NCBI GenBank assembly: GCA_038153405.1
Contig: JAYOYH010000011.1
Span: forward strand, 23,050 to 87,049
Length of the DNA: 64,000 bases
Direction: 5' to 3'
Source of the DNA: Gemmatimonadota bacterium
GTDB lineage: Bacteria; Latescibacterota; UBA2968; UBA8231
This document shows positions 1-9,800 of the stretch, one piece after another (position 1 is the stretch's first letter; the number at the start of each line of letters is the position of its first letter). The notes beneath the pieces are model-generated. The model had not been told where the DNA came from and ran no database searches. It saw nothing but the letters and a program-made list of their open reading frames with translations. The position numbers and the translations under genes are program-made.

Positions 1-35
1 TTGTCGTTGGGGGGGCGCGCCGCGCGGCCGACTTC

Positions 36-632
36 CTATAAACATATTTTGGGGGTTTTTTTGGGGTGGCGCCCCGGGGGGGGGTCCCCCGCGCCCCGCG
101 CCTCTTTGGGCGCGCCCCAAACCAAGGCATTGTAGCGTCGCTCGATATGGCGCTCCTGCAGTTGCTCGGCCAGGCTCCGATGCGCCGCATCCGACTTGGC
201 GACCACCATAAGACCGCTGGTATCCTTATCGAGGCGGTGAACAATGCCCGGGCGCAGCACGCCGTTAATTCCAGATAGATCGGTGCAGTAGTGCAGCAGC
301 GCATTGACCAGCGTGCCCGCACGCGCTCCGGGCGCCGGATGCACCGTCATACCCGGTGCCTTATTGACGACCAGCAGGTCGGCGTCTTCGTAGACTATAT
401 CGAGGGGAATGGACTCGGGTTCCGCTTCCAAGGGCTGCGGCTCTGGCACCTCCACCGCAATGCGATCACCTGCCTGCACCAAATACGCCGGACGCACCGC
501 CGCGCCGTTTACCTGCACGCAGCCATCCTTTACGAGCGCCTGAATGCGGCTGCGCGACAGTGCGGGACAGTGCACTCGCAAAAAGAGGTCGAGACGCTGA
601 TCGACCTCGACCTCTCCTACTTCGATTTTCAT
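36..632 (-). CDS. rluD: RluA-family pseudouridine synthase (RluD-like), 3' end truncated or corrupted at the window/contig edge
   Basis: S4-like N-terminus (RLDLFL...SRSRIQALVKDG), LVVNKAPGMTVHP, catalytic GIVHRLDKDTSGL motif. ATG at 632 preferred over the ORF-track start. C-terminus degenerates into homopolymer-rich sequence. Confidence 0.85.
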   Translation of the reverse strand: MKIEVGEVEVDQRLDLFLRVHCPALSRSRIQALVKDGCVQVNGAAVRPAYLVQAGDRIAVEVPEPQPLEAEPESIPLDIVYEDADLLVVNKAPGMTVHPAPGARAGTLVNALLHYCTDLSGINGVLRPGIVHRLDKDTSGLMVVAKSDAAHRSLAEQLQERHIERRYNALVWGAPKEARGAGDPPPGRHPKKTPKICL

Positions 633-645
633 AGGAACAGCCAAC

Positions 646-1140
646 CTATCCGTGGGCCGCATCACTTTCGGGCGGAGCGGAATTCTGCCTTTCTTCCCGC
701 TCTTTGCGGGAATAGCCAAAAAACAGCAGAAAAACGCCCACCGTGACGAATGAATCGGCGAAGTTAAAGATGGGCCATCGCAGCTGACCAAAACCGAAGT
801 CGAAGAAATCGACGACCTCATGCAGATAGATTCGGTCGATTATATTGCCAACGGCTCCCCCCAGCACCAAGCTCAACCCATAGCGCAGTAATTGCTCACC
901 GGGCTCCAGTGTGCGATACAGGTACACCAGCACGCCAAGTGCCGCAATCGAGACGATCGTATGCAGCAGCGGACTGCCCAGGTTGAGGCCGAAGGCAGCC
1001 CCGGGGTTGTGAATGTAGGTAAGGCGAAAAAAATCGCCGATTACCTCTAACGGCACGCCGCGCGTCATCGCATTCTGGACCACAAACTTGGTCGACTGAT
1101 CAATGGCAATGGTCGCGGGCACCAGCCACAGAGGATTCAC
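646..1140 (-). CDS. lspA: Lipoprotein signal peptidase II
   Basis: DQSTK, NPGAAFG, GAVGNIIDR, VVDF and FNFAD motifs; downstream of ileS. Confidence 0.95.
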   Translation of the reverse strand: MNPLWLVPATIAIDQSTKFVVQNAMTRGVPLEVIGDFFRLTYIHNPGAAFGLNLGSPLLHTIVSIAALGVLVYLYRTLEPGEQLLRYGLSLVLGGAVGNIIDRIYLHEVVDFFDFGFGQLRWPIFNFADSFVTVGVFLLFFGYSRKEREERQNSAPPESDAAHG

Positions 1141-1520
1141 GCGTCGTGTGACTCCTTTTCGCGCTTTGACTTACAGGCAATGCACTGCGTAGCCGTCGGC
1201 ACCGCTTCTAGACGCGCGCGACCAATCTCGCCGCTGCAGGTGCGGCATACGCCAAATGTGCCGTTCTCAACGCGCTCAAGGGCCTCGTTCAAATAGTCGA
1301 GATAGTCGCCGCCGCGCTGGGCCAGCAGCAGCGATTTTTCGCGCTCCATCGCATCGGTGCCATGATCGGCCATGTGCAGCGAATAGGTAGAGCGGTCTTC
1401 CGACGTGCCATCGCTGCCATCGTTGCGCGAATTTTTCTCGATGGCGGCCACGTTCTCATTCGTCAAATTAATTTTTTCTGCAATAAGCTTTCTAAAGAAA
1501 GCCAGATCGTCTTGATTCAT
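1137..1520 (-). CDS. TraR/DksA family C4 zinc-finger protein
   Basis: Coiled-coil tip HMADHGTD, then FGVCRTCSGEIGRARLEAVPTATQCIAC. Confidence 0.9.
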   Translation of the reverse strand: MNQDDLAFFRKLIAEKINLTNENVAAIEKNSRNDGSDGTSEDRSTYSLHMADHGTDAMEREKSLLLAQRGGDYLDYLNEALERVENGTFGVCRTCSGEIGRARLEAVPTATQCIACKSKREKESHDA

Positions 1521-1590
1521 TCACTCGTCTCCACTTCAATAGCTATGGGTCGGCGCATATATACCCATAGTGCGCTGCAATCGCGAACCC

Positions 1591-4500
1591 TCAGTTATGT
1601 GCGCGGGCAATGCCTATCGTGCCCGCGTAGTTGTTTACCTGCCATTCCTGTTGCAATACGCTGGAAGAGGGCATTCCTCCCATTTCGATATCCAATGCCA
1701 GCGTCTCGGCGGCTATATAGTCGCGGTGCTGTGCAACCGCTTCCTGCAGTTCGGACTGACCGACGACGCCGATGCGAATGCGATCGGCCACATCGAGGCC
1801 AGCATCTTTGCGCATATTTTGCACGCGATTGACGAACTCGCGCGCCGTGCACTCCGATATGAGCTCATCGTCTAGCTGCACGTCGATGCCAACGCCTAAG
1901 TTGTTGTCAATGGCTACGACAACGCCCTCCTTTTCCTGGCGCTGCACGTCGATGTCGTCTATGCTGATCTGCCCGTCGGCCACGTCGATCACGCCCCCGG
2001 CGCGCAGCGCACCGATTTGCTCTTCGTCGAGTCCGGCAATAAACGCGCCCACTTCTTTCATGCGCTTGCCAAAGCGCGGTCCAAGCGCGCGAAAGTTGGG
2101 GCGATAGCTGACCTGGCTGAACTCGGTCTCATCCTCGACTAGGACTACTTCCTTGACGTTGAGCTCGTCGGCCAGCAGCGGCACCATGTCCTGCAAATCG
2201 CGGTGCGCCTGCTCGTCCGGCGGCAATAGGAACAGACGCCGCAGCGGCTGGCGCGTCTTCAGGTTATGCTTGGCGCGCAGCGAGCGGCCGAGGACCACGG
2301 CGCGCGTGGCCAATGCCATCTGCGCTTCTAGCTGGGCATCGCGCAGCGACTCATCGGCCTGCGGCATGGAGCACAGGTGCACGCTGACCGGAGCCCGCTC
2401 ATCGTGCGAACGCACTAGGTTTTGGTAAATGCTCTCCGTTATAAAGGGGAGCACGGGAGCCAGCGCCTTGCTAAATGTGACTAGCACCTGGTAGAGCGTG
2501 GCGTAGGCAGCCCCCTTATCGGCGTCGTCCTCCGACTTCCAGAAGCGACGGCGACTGCGACGGATATACCAGTTGGTCAGCTTATCGACAAAGCTGACCA
2601 TGGCCGGCACGGTCTTGTAGAGGCGATAGGCCTCCATCTCGGTGTTGAGATCGCGCAGCAGCGTCTGCAATTCGGAGAGAATCCAGCGGTCGAGGCGATT
2701 TTCCGAGCGGATCCTTTCGCCGGTCTGCGGCTGCCAATTATCCGTCCGCGCATACATCGCGAAAAAGTAGTACGAGCTCCACAGCGGTATAATCACCGAG
2801 CGCAGGCTCTCTTTGATGCCGTCTTCTGTCAAACGCAGTTCTTCGGCCTTGAGCGCCGGCGAGTTGAGCAGGTAAAGACGGAGCGCATCGGCCCCGTATT
2901 TATCGATCATCTCCGTCGGCTCGGGATAGTTCTTGAGCCGCTTGCTCATCTTGCGCCCGTCTTCGGCCAGCAGCATACCCGAGACGATGCAGTTCTTAAA
3001 CGCCGGCTTGTCGAAAAGGGCGGCGGCCAACACCGTCAGCGTGTAGAACCACCCGCGCGTCTGGTCGAGTCCCTCCGAGATAAACTCGGCGGGGAAATTG
3101 GCGTCAACCTGTTCCTTATTATCGAACGGATAGTGGTTCTGCGCATAGGGCATGGACCCAGACTCAAACCAACAGTCGAGCACCTCTGGCACACGACGCA
3201 GCGTCCCCTCTTTGCCGGCAATTTCAATATCGTCGATGACGTGTTTGTGCAAATCATCGATTTTGCGACCGCTGAGTTCTTGCAACTCTTCACGGCTACC
3301 GATGCACACCGTCTCGCCGGTTTCCTCGTTGCGCCAAATCGGCAGCGGCGTGCCCCAATAGCGATTGCGGCTTATTGCCCAATCGCGCGCCCCCTCCAGC
3401 CAGCGCCCAAAACGGCCGTCTTTTATGTGTTCGGGCACCCACCAAATCTGCGCATTGGCCTTGAGCATCTTGTCTTTGATCGATTCTACACTGACGTACC
3501 AAGTGGACACGGCGCGATAGATCAGCGGTGAGTCGCAGCGCCAGCAAAACGGGTAGCTGTGCTCGATCGTGCTTTCGATCAATAGCTTGCCACTTTCGCG
3601 CAGCGCGCGAATGATATCGCGATCAACCTCTTTCACAAAGCGGCCCTGATAGTCAGGCACTTCGTCCGTGAAGCAACAGTCTTCGTCGATTGGCGCCACC
3701 GTTGGCAAGCCTTCGCGCTGGCCTAGTTGGTAGTCGTCCTCGCCAAACCCGGGCGCGATGTGTACGATACCCGTGCCGTCTTCGGTCGATACGAAATCGG
3801 CCTGCACGACGCGGAAGGCCCCCTCGTCTGCCTGTTCGGCAAAGTAGGGAAATAGCGGCTCGTAGTGAAGACCGATTAACTCTTGCACCGGCTGTGCCTC
3901 GACCCGCTCGATATCGCTCTCGTTGCGCTTGAACACTTCCTTGAGACGCGCCTTGGCCAGGATTAGTTGCTCGCCGTCTTGCAGGTGCACGCGCACGTAT
4001 TCAATATCGCCGCCGACGGCCAGTCCCATATTCGAAGGAAGTGTCCACGGGGTTGTCGTCCACGCCAGAATGGACAGCCGCTCGGCGTCGCGCACGGCAA
4101 AACGCACGGTGACCGACGGATCCTGCGTCTGCTGATAGCCCTGATTAACTTCGAAGTTGGAAAGCGGCGTAGCGCAGCGCGGGCAGTAGGCCAGCGACTT
4201 ATAGCCCTCGTAAATCAGCCCCTTGTCCCACAGCGTCTTAAAAACCCACCACACCGACTCCATGAATTCGACATCCATGGTGCGGTACTGGTTGGACCAG
4301 TCGACCCAGCGACCGACGCGGGTGATAAAGCGCTCCCACTCGCCGGCGTAGCGCAGGACGACGTCGCGACAGGCTTCGTTAAAATGGTCGACGCCGTACT
4401 CCAGGATGTCCGGGCGCGATTTTAGATTGAGCTGCTGCTCGACTTCGTTTTCGACCGGCAGTCCGTGGCAGTCCCAGCCAAAGCGCCGCTCGACGCGATA

Positions 4501-4755
4501 GCCGCGCATCGTCCAATAGCGCGGAACGACGTCCTTGATTATGGACGCCAATAGATGGCCGTAGTGCGGTAGGCCGCTGGCAAAGGGCGGACCGTCGTAG
4601 AACGTGAAGCGCTTCTCTTCGGCCCGTTCGTCAACGGAGCGCGCAAAGACGTCTTCCTCTTGCCAGAACGCCAACAGCTGCTCTTCCTGAACTGGGAAAT
4701 TGGCCTGGCTTGGCACTTCGCTAAAACGCCCTTGGGCTGTATTGTTATCTGCCAT
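1591..4755 (-). CDS. ileS: Isoleucine--tRNA ligase (type 2, eukaryote/archaea-like)
   Basis: YDGPPFASGLPHYGH (HIGH motif), GWDCHGLP, WTTTPWTLP, KMSKR; 1054 aa; C-terminus lacks the type-1 Zn finger. Confidence 0.97.
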   Translation of the reverse strand: MADNNTAQGRFSEVPSQANFPVQEEQLLAFWQEEDVFARSVDERAEEKRFTFYDGPPFASGLPHYGHLLASIIKDVVPRYWTMRGYRVERRFGWDCHGLPVENEVEQQLNLKSRPDILEYGVDHFNEACRDVVLRYAGEWERFITRVGRWVDWSNQYRTMDVEFMESVWWVFKTLWDKGLIYEGYKSLAYCPRCATPLSNFEVNQGYQQTQDPSVTVRFAVRDAERLSILAWTTTPWTLPSNMGLAVGGDIEYVRVHLQDGEQLILAKARLKEVFKRNESDIERVEAQPVQELIGLHYEPLFPYFAEQADEGAFRVVQADFVSTEDGTGIVHIAPGFGEDDYQLGQREGLPTVAPIDEDCCFTDEVPDYQGRFVKEVDRDIIRALRESGKLLIESTIEHSYPFCWRCDSPLIYRAVSTWYVSVESIKDKMLKANAQIWWVPEHIKDGRFGRWLEGARDWAISRNRYWGTPLPIWRNEETGETVCIGSREELQELSGRKIDDLHKHVIDDIEIAGKEGTLRRVPEVLDCWFESGSMPYAQNHYPFDNKEQVDANFPAEFISEGLDQTRGWFYTLTVLAAALFDKPAFKNCIVSGMLLAEDGRKMSKRLKNYPEPTEMIDKYGADALRLYLLNSPALKAEELRLTEDGIKESLRSVIIPLWSSYYFFAMYARTDNWQPQTGERIRSENRLDRWILSELQTLLRDLNTEMEAYRLYKTVPAMVSFVDKLTNWYIRRSRRRFWKSEDDADKGAAYATLYQVLVTFSKALAPVLPFITESIYQNLVRSHDERAPVSVHLCSMPQADESLRDAQLEAQMALATRAVVLGRSLRAKHNLKTRQPLRRLFLLPPDEQAHRDLQDMVPLLADELNVKEVVLVEDETEFSQVSYRPNFRALGPRFGKRMKEVGAFIAGLDEEQIGALRAGGVIDVADGQISIDDIDVQRQEKEGVVVAIDNNLGVGIDVQLDDELISECTAREFVNRVQNMRKDAGLDVADRIRIGVVGQSELQEAVAQHRDYIAAETLALDIEMGGMPSSSVLQQEWQVNNYAGTIGIARAHN

Positions 4756-4758
4756 AGT

Positions 4759-5043
4759 TCAGATGCGAATATTCTGGAGAAAAAGCATGATGACTTGCAG
4801 AAATACGATGAGCAAGAGCGGCGTAAAATCCAACCCTGTCGACCAGAGGAAGCTCGGCACGATGCGGCGCACTGCCTCAATGGCCGGATCGGTCAAACCG
4901 CGCAGAAACTGCACAATCGGATTGTAGGGATCGGGATTGATCCACGAAATCAATACGCGAATGATCACGAGCCACATGTAGATATTTATCAGGGAGACCA
5001 GTATACCGATTATCCCGTGGGAAAAGCCACTGTAGTCGAACAC
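4759..5043 (-). CDS. yggT: YggT family membrane protein
   Basis: RVLISWINPDPYNPIVQFL..LTDP and GLDFTP motifs; next to yggS. Confidence 0.9.
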   Translation of the reverse strand: MFDYSGFSHGIIGILVSLINIYMWLVIIRVLISWINPDPYNPIVQFLRGLTDPAIEAVRRIVPSFLWSTGLDFTPLLLIVFLQVIMLFLQNIRI

Positions 5044-5095
5044 GTCGTTCTCCGTCGTCTAGTTTTTACAGATCGGCACTCTGGGCAACGAGCAG

Positions 5096-5785
5096 TCAGC
5101 TGCGCGCGCCAAAGAGCGCAGTCCCTAAGCGGAGCAAGTTGGATCCCTCGGCGATTGCCCACTCGAAATCGCCGCTCATTCCCATCGACAGATGCCGCAT
5201 CTGCACGCCTGCTAACCCCGCGGCCTCGACCTCTTCTCCGAGCTGTCGCAGCCGGGCAAAGCTGGCGCGCACCATGCGTTCGTCTGTGCTGTGAGCGCCA
5301 ATTGTCATCAGTCCACAGATGCGCAGCCCCGACAGCGCGACTACCTGCTCGGCCAACTCGAGCACCCGGTCCGGATCGGCACCCGACTGACTCGCACTGC
5401 CCGCCGTGTTGACCTGCAGCAAGATGTCCAGGCTGCGCCCTGCCCCTTCGGCCCTGCGCGCCAGCGCCTGCGCCAGACTCAGGCGATCGACCGATTGCAC
5501 AAGATCGAAGAGTTCTACGACCTTGCCCACTTTGTTGCTCTGCAGGTGGCCTATCATATGCCAAGAGACAGCTGATTCGACCGCCGCCTTTTTGCCTTCG
5601 GCCTCCTGGACGCGATTCTCTCCGACCATGCGCAAACCGCAGGCGCAGGCAACATCAATCTCTGCCGCGCTGCGCGTTTTGCTGACGGCGACCACTGCAA
5701 TATCGCTGCTCTGCCGCCCTACCGCATCGGCGGCCCGGGCAATCCGCTCGCGCAAAACGAGCCAATTTTCGCGTATGGAATCCAT
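5096..5785 (-). CDS. yggS: YggS family PLP-homeostasis protein
   Basis: VAVSKT, GENRVQE, WHMIGHLQSNK, GLMTI, LSMGMSGDF; ATG at 5785 preferred. Confidence 0.95.
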   Translation of the reverse strand: MDSIRENWLVLRERIARAADAVGRQSSDIAVVAVSKTRSAAEIDVACACGLRMVGENRVQEAEGKKAAVESAVSWHMIGHLQSNKVGKVVELFDLVQSVDRLSLAQALARRAEGAGRSLDILLQVNTAGSASQSGADPDRVLELAEQVVALSGLRICGLMTIGAHSTDERMVRASFARLRQLGEEVEAAGLAGVQMRHLSMGMSGDFEWAIAEGSNLLRLGTALFGARS

Positions 5786-5847
5786 AAAATAGAATCTTAG
5801 AATATAAAGAAAGGCTAGTAAATCCACAATTTTAGACCGACTGGCGC

Positions 5848-7089
5848 TCACGCTGAACGCGGCCTCCTTCTGGAATGCACGCGCTCGGAAATATACTGTG
5901 CCGCGCGCGCCAACATCACGTATAGTAGGGTCGAAACCAGTATGTCACTCAGGACAAAATGGCGCAGCAATACCGCGTGTTCGCCGGACAATCCATCCAA
6001 TAGGGCAAACGTCGGCGCGTAGCACAATTCGAATACCAGCACGCCGCGCGGCAGCAATTGCCAGCCTAAATCGCGCTGCGCCCGACCCGTAGAAAAACGC
6101 AAATAAACAGCCGGAACCACGCCGCGCAAGACGAGCAACGCGCTGATAGAGATGAGCATAACAAGCGGCAGACCCGGTGCGGGTAGGGCCAGTGCGCGAA
6201 CGTCTAATTGGGCACCCAATAGGGAAAAATACAGCAGCAGCGGGATCGGGCCGACGCGAAACAGCACGTAGCGCAGGCGGCGACCCACTTTCGACTGACG
6301 CGCCAATACCGCACCGGCCGCAAAACCAAAGGGCAACGGATGCAGCTGCAGCGTTGAAAAAAGGGCCGCCAGCACAAAGCAGGAAAAGAACAGGCTGAAC
6401 AGCAAACCGCGAATGGACCCGGGCAAGAGAGAAAAGAAGCGCACCGCACCTGCGCTTGCCGCCCCCAGGGCACACGACAGCCAGAAGCGCGCGACAAAAC
6501 TCGCCGTAGCCGCCGATAGCGCGCCCTCTAACTGCAACCACAGCAAGACGGCGCTGAGCACAACTGTGCTGAAGGCGACACCGACAAGGCCCACTTGCAG
6601 GGCCTGGCGTCGGCGCGTTGTCGGCGCGCCCGTAAAGGGCCCCCACGCGCAGGATAGAGCGCCCAGCAGCAGCGCTACCAACCAGGGCAGCGACAAAAAG
6701 AATCCCACGCCCGCAGTCACCGTCGCACATACGCCCAGCGTAGAGGCCAGCAACACGCCGGCGCGTTTCCAATCCAACCAGGCTAACGGCCACACCTGCA
6801 GGCCCACTTGAAAGGCAATCCACAGCACCGCGGCGTCGCGAACAAGGCGCAGCATATCGCTCGCCTGTGGAACGACCAGGCCTAAACCACCGCTGCCCAT
6901 CACTAGGCCGGCACCGATCCAACCCACCATCGAAGGTAGGCGCAGCCCGCGCGCCATCTGACCGAACGAATAGGCGACCAGCACGACCATACCCAACAGC
7001 CAAAGCGGATCAAATGGGCTTGGCTGATATCTCTGGGGACCTAAGTGCCCCAGCAAAAGGGCCATTACGGCAACGACTAGATCTTTCAT
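5848..7089 (-). CDS. Polytopic membrane protein, divergent cation:proton antiporter-like
   Basis: Many hydrophobic helices; RLPSMVGWIGAGLVMG and LLPRG motifs resemble CPA2-type exchangers. Confidence 0.55.
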   Translation of the reverse strand: MKDLVVAVMALLLGHLGPQRYQPSPFDPLWLLGMVVLVAYSFGQMARGLRLPSMVGWIGAGLVMGSGGLGLVVPQASDMLRLVRDAAVLWIAFQVGLQVWPLAWLDWKRAGVLLASTLGVCATVTAGVGFFLSLPWLVALLLGALSCAWGPFTGAPTTRRRQALQVGLVGVAFSTVVLSAVLLWLQLEGALSAATASFVARFWLSCALGAASAGAVRFFSLLPGSIRGLLFSLFFSCFVLAALFSTLQLHPLPFGFAAGAVLARQSKVGRRLRYVLFRVGPIPLLLYFSLLGAQLDVRALALPAPGLPLVMLISISALLVLRGVVPAVYLRFSTGRAQRDLGWQLLPRGVLVFELCYAPTFALLDGLSGEHAVLLRHFVLSDILVSTLLYVMLARAAQYISERVHSRRRPRSA

Positions 7090-7096
7090 AGGCCAT

Positions 7097-7131
7097 AAAA
7101 AAAGAGGGGTAGCCGCACTCGACTACCCCTC
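7097..7131 (-). terminator. Rho-independent terminator after secDF
   Basis: GAGGGGTAG / CTACCCCTC inverted repeat; the adjacent A-run reads as a U-tract on the minus strand. Confidence 0.75.
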
Positions 7132-7159
7132 CATACGCTTGCGGCTGCGGCTGTTCCGC

Positions 7160-9724
7160 TCAGCTCTTCTTTTTCTCGCCGGCTTCGGCGCGCTGCTGGC
7201 CCATGTAGAGGACCGGGCTGGCGATAAAGACCGAGGAATAGGTACCAACCAACACGCCAATAATAAGCGTGATCGTGAAGTCTCGGTTTACCTCACCGCC
7301 AAATAGCATCAGCACGATGACCGCTACCAGCGTCGTCAGCGAGGTAATCAGGGTTCGGCTCAAGCACTCGTTGATGCTCAAGTTGATCGTGCCGGCTAAC
7401 CCCTCGCGGCGCACGATGGGCAGGTTTTCGCGAATGCGGTCAAATACCACAATCGTGTCGTTGAGCGAGTATCCCACTATGGCCAGCAGGCCGGCCACTA
7501 CGGCCAGCGAAATCTCCACGCCCAGCAGCGAGAGCAAACCAATCGTAATGAGCACGTCGTGAAAGAGCGCGGCCACGGCGGCAATGCCGTAGAGAAAGCG
7601 ATGGAAGCGCCAGGCCATATATACGAGGATCAGCGCCAGCGCTACCAGCACGGCTTCCACAGCAGCCGCGCTGAGTTCTTCGCCAATTTTGGGTCCGACC
7701 TTCTCCTGGCGACGAATCCAGTCGAGACTCTGCGTGCTGTTGGGAAAGCTCGACTTTATCGACGCCATGATACCCGTGGCAACTTCTGTGCCCGCCTCGC
7801 TCTCGCTGACGCGAATGAGGATGTCGTTGGGCGAGCCAAACTGTTTTATCTCGCTCTTGCTAAAATCCATATTCTTGTCGCCCACCCCGACCTGCCCCAA
7901 CGCACCGCGCACATCTTCCACTTTTAGCGCTGGCTCAAAGTGCAGTTCCAACAGCGTGCCGCCGGCAAAGTCGATGCCTGGACGCAGTCCATTGACAGCG
8001 ACGACCGACACCAAGCCCGCTACGAGCAAAGCGCCTGAGGCAAAGAACCCAAGCTGGCGCTTGCTCAAAAACGCGATGCGAGAATTGGCGAGAAAACCGA
8101 TGGGGCCAATGCTCAAGGACTGCGATCCGCTGCCGCGCGTCAGCAAGTCAAAGACCGCCCGGGTGACAAAGAAGGCCGTGAACAAGCTCGAAATGATGCC
8201 GATGCACAGCGTAAGGGCAAAACCGCGTATCGGACCCGTGCCAAACTGGTAGAGCACGATGCCAACCAGAAAGGTCGTCACGTTGGCGTCGATAATGGCC
8301 GATAGGGCATTGTTGTAGCCACTGTCTATGGCCGCTCTCACCGTCTTGCCCGCGCGCAGTTCCTCTCGGATGCGCTCAAAAATGAGCACGTTGGCATCGA
8401 CCGCCATGCCGATGGTGAGGATGATACCAGCGATACCTGGCAGCGTCAACGTGGCGTGAAAGCCGGCCAGAATTGCCATGACAAAACCCATATTGAGCAC
8501 CAGCGCGATGTCGGCGATAACGCCGGCAGAGCGATAGTAGACAACCATGAAAAAGACCACGAGGATCATGCTGTAGAGCGCCGCCGTCTTGCCCTGCTCA
8601 ATGGAGTCCCTCCCCAGCGACGGGCCCACCGTGCGGTCTTCGATAATCTCCACTTCGGCGGGCAGCGCGCCGGCGCGCAGTACGATGGCCAGATCTTTCG
8701 CCTCGTCCTGCGATCCGCTACCGGTGATAATTCCGCGCCCCTCGGTAATTTTCGTTTGAATGGTCGGCGCCGAGTAAACGGCTTCGTCTAGAACGATGGC
8801 CATGCGCTCGCCAATGTGCGCCCCGGTGACGCGCGAGAACTGACGCACGCCCTCGTCGGTCGTGGCAAAGTTGACAATCGGCTGACCCAAGTATTCGACG
8901 TTCTGGCCGACGGAGACATAAGCATCTTGCAGCATATCGCCGGTCATTTCTGGCCGCGAACGCACCAAGTAGACGATGTAATACTGGTTTCCAGCCATGC
9001 CCTCAGCCTTGCTGGAAAAAACGAACTCCACGTCCTTGGGCATCGCGCCGCGCGCAGTCGGCGAGTTGAGGATGCCCTTGACGCGCGGCAGGTCGCGCGC
9101 GCTCACGGCAATATCGCCGGTAGCCAACGGCACCAGCAGCGAAACCAGACTGCGCTCACCGCCGTCCGCTTCGGGCTGTGCGTCGCTCTCCTCAAAGAGA
9201 CTCATCTCTTCCACAGGTTCCGACTCCGCCGTATCGGCCTTGGCCGGTGCGGTCAGCGTATTAATGCGCTGCAGCAGGCGGTTGCGCTCGTCATCGGGCT
9301 CCAAGAGCTGAAATTCGAGCAGCGCTGTTTGTCCGACCAAGTCCTTGGCGCGCTGCACGTCCTGCACGCCGGGAAGCTCTATGATGATGCGGTTGTCACC
9401 TTGGCGCTGAATCGTCGGTTCGGCCACGCCGAACTGATCGATTCGATTGCGAATGATTTCCTGCGCACGCGCTACTGCATCCTGCGCTTCTTCCAGGGCG
9501 AGCCCTTCGGTTTGCACCTCTAGCACGAGGTGAATTCCACCCTGTAAATCGAGTCCCAAATTGAGGGAGCGCTTGTGCAAATCAGCCAGCGCTTCCGGCG
9601 CACTCAGGTCCATCGCCGAGCGCTCCTCTGCCGACATGCCGTAGTACTTGATGCTCGGAAGCAGGTAGTAGACCCCAGCGGCGATCAGCGCCAGAATCAG
9701 TATGAGTTTCCAATTGCGTTTCAT
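7160..9724 (-). CDS. secDF: Fused protein translocase subunit SecDF
   Basis: LGLDLQGG, RNRIDQFGVAEP, GPSLG, GMAVDANVLIFERIREE (SecD) followed by GIDFAGG and GYSLNDTIVVFDRIREN (SecF). Confidence 0.96.
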   Translation of the reverse strand: MKRNWKLILILALIAAGVYYLLPSIKYYGMSAEERSAMDLSAPEALADLHKRSLNLGLDLQGGIHLVLEVQTEGLALEEAQDAVARAQEIIRNRIDQFGVAEPTIQRQGDNRIIIELPGVQDVQRAKDLVGQTALLEFQLLEPDDERNRLLQRINTLTAPAKADTAESEPVEEMSLFEESDAQPEADGGERSLVSLLVPLATGDIAVSARDLPRVKGILNSPTARGAMPKDVEFVFSSKAEGMAGNQYYIVYLVRSRPEMTGDMLQDAYVSVGQNVEYLGQPIVNFATTDEGVRQFSRVTGAHIGERMAIVLDEAVYSAPTIQTKITEGRGIITGSGSQDEAKDLAIVLRAGALPAEVEIIEDRTVGPSLGRDSIEQGKTAALYSMILVVFFMVVYYRSAGVIADIALVLNMGFVMAILAGFHATLTLPGIAGIILTIGMAVDANVLIFERIREELRAGKTVRAAIDSGYNNALSAIIDANVTTFLVGIVLYQFGTGPIRGFALTLCIGIISSLFTAFFVTRAVFDLLTRGSGSQSLSIGPIGFLANSRIAFLSKRQLGFFASGALLVAGLVSVVAVNGLRPGIDFAGGTLLELHFEPALKVEDVRGALGQVGVGDKNMDFSKSEIKQFGSPNDILIRVSESEAGTEVATGIMASIKSSFPNSTQSLDWIRRQEKVGPKIGEELSAAAVEAVLVALALILVYMAWRFHRFLYGIAAVAALFHDVLITIGLLSLLGVEISLAVVAGLLAIVGYSLNDTIVVFDRIRENLPIVRREGLAGTINLSINECLSRTLITSLTTLVAVIVLMLFGGEVNRDFTITLIIGVLVGTYSSVFIASPVLYMGQQRAEAGEKKKS

Positions 9725-9800
9725 GGCTCGTCCTTACTGTACCGTATAAGCCCCGACCGGGCATAAAAATCCAAAAGGGACAACATTTTAAAATAGTTCG

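Noticed and set aside
5945..7003. 352-aa alternative-frame ORF
   Set aside because: Arg/Gly/Ala-rich frame overlapping the hydrophobic membrane-protein gene on the same strand.
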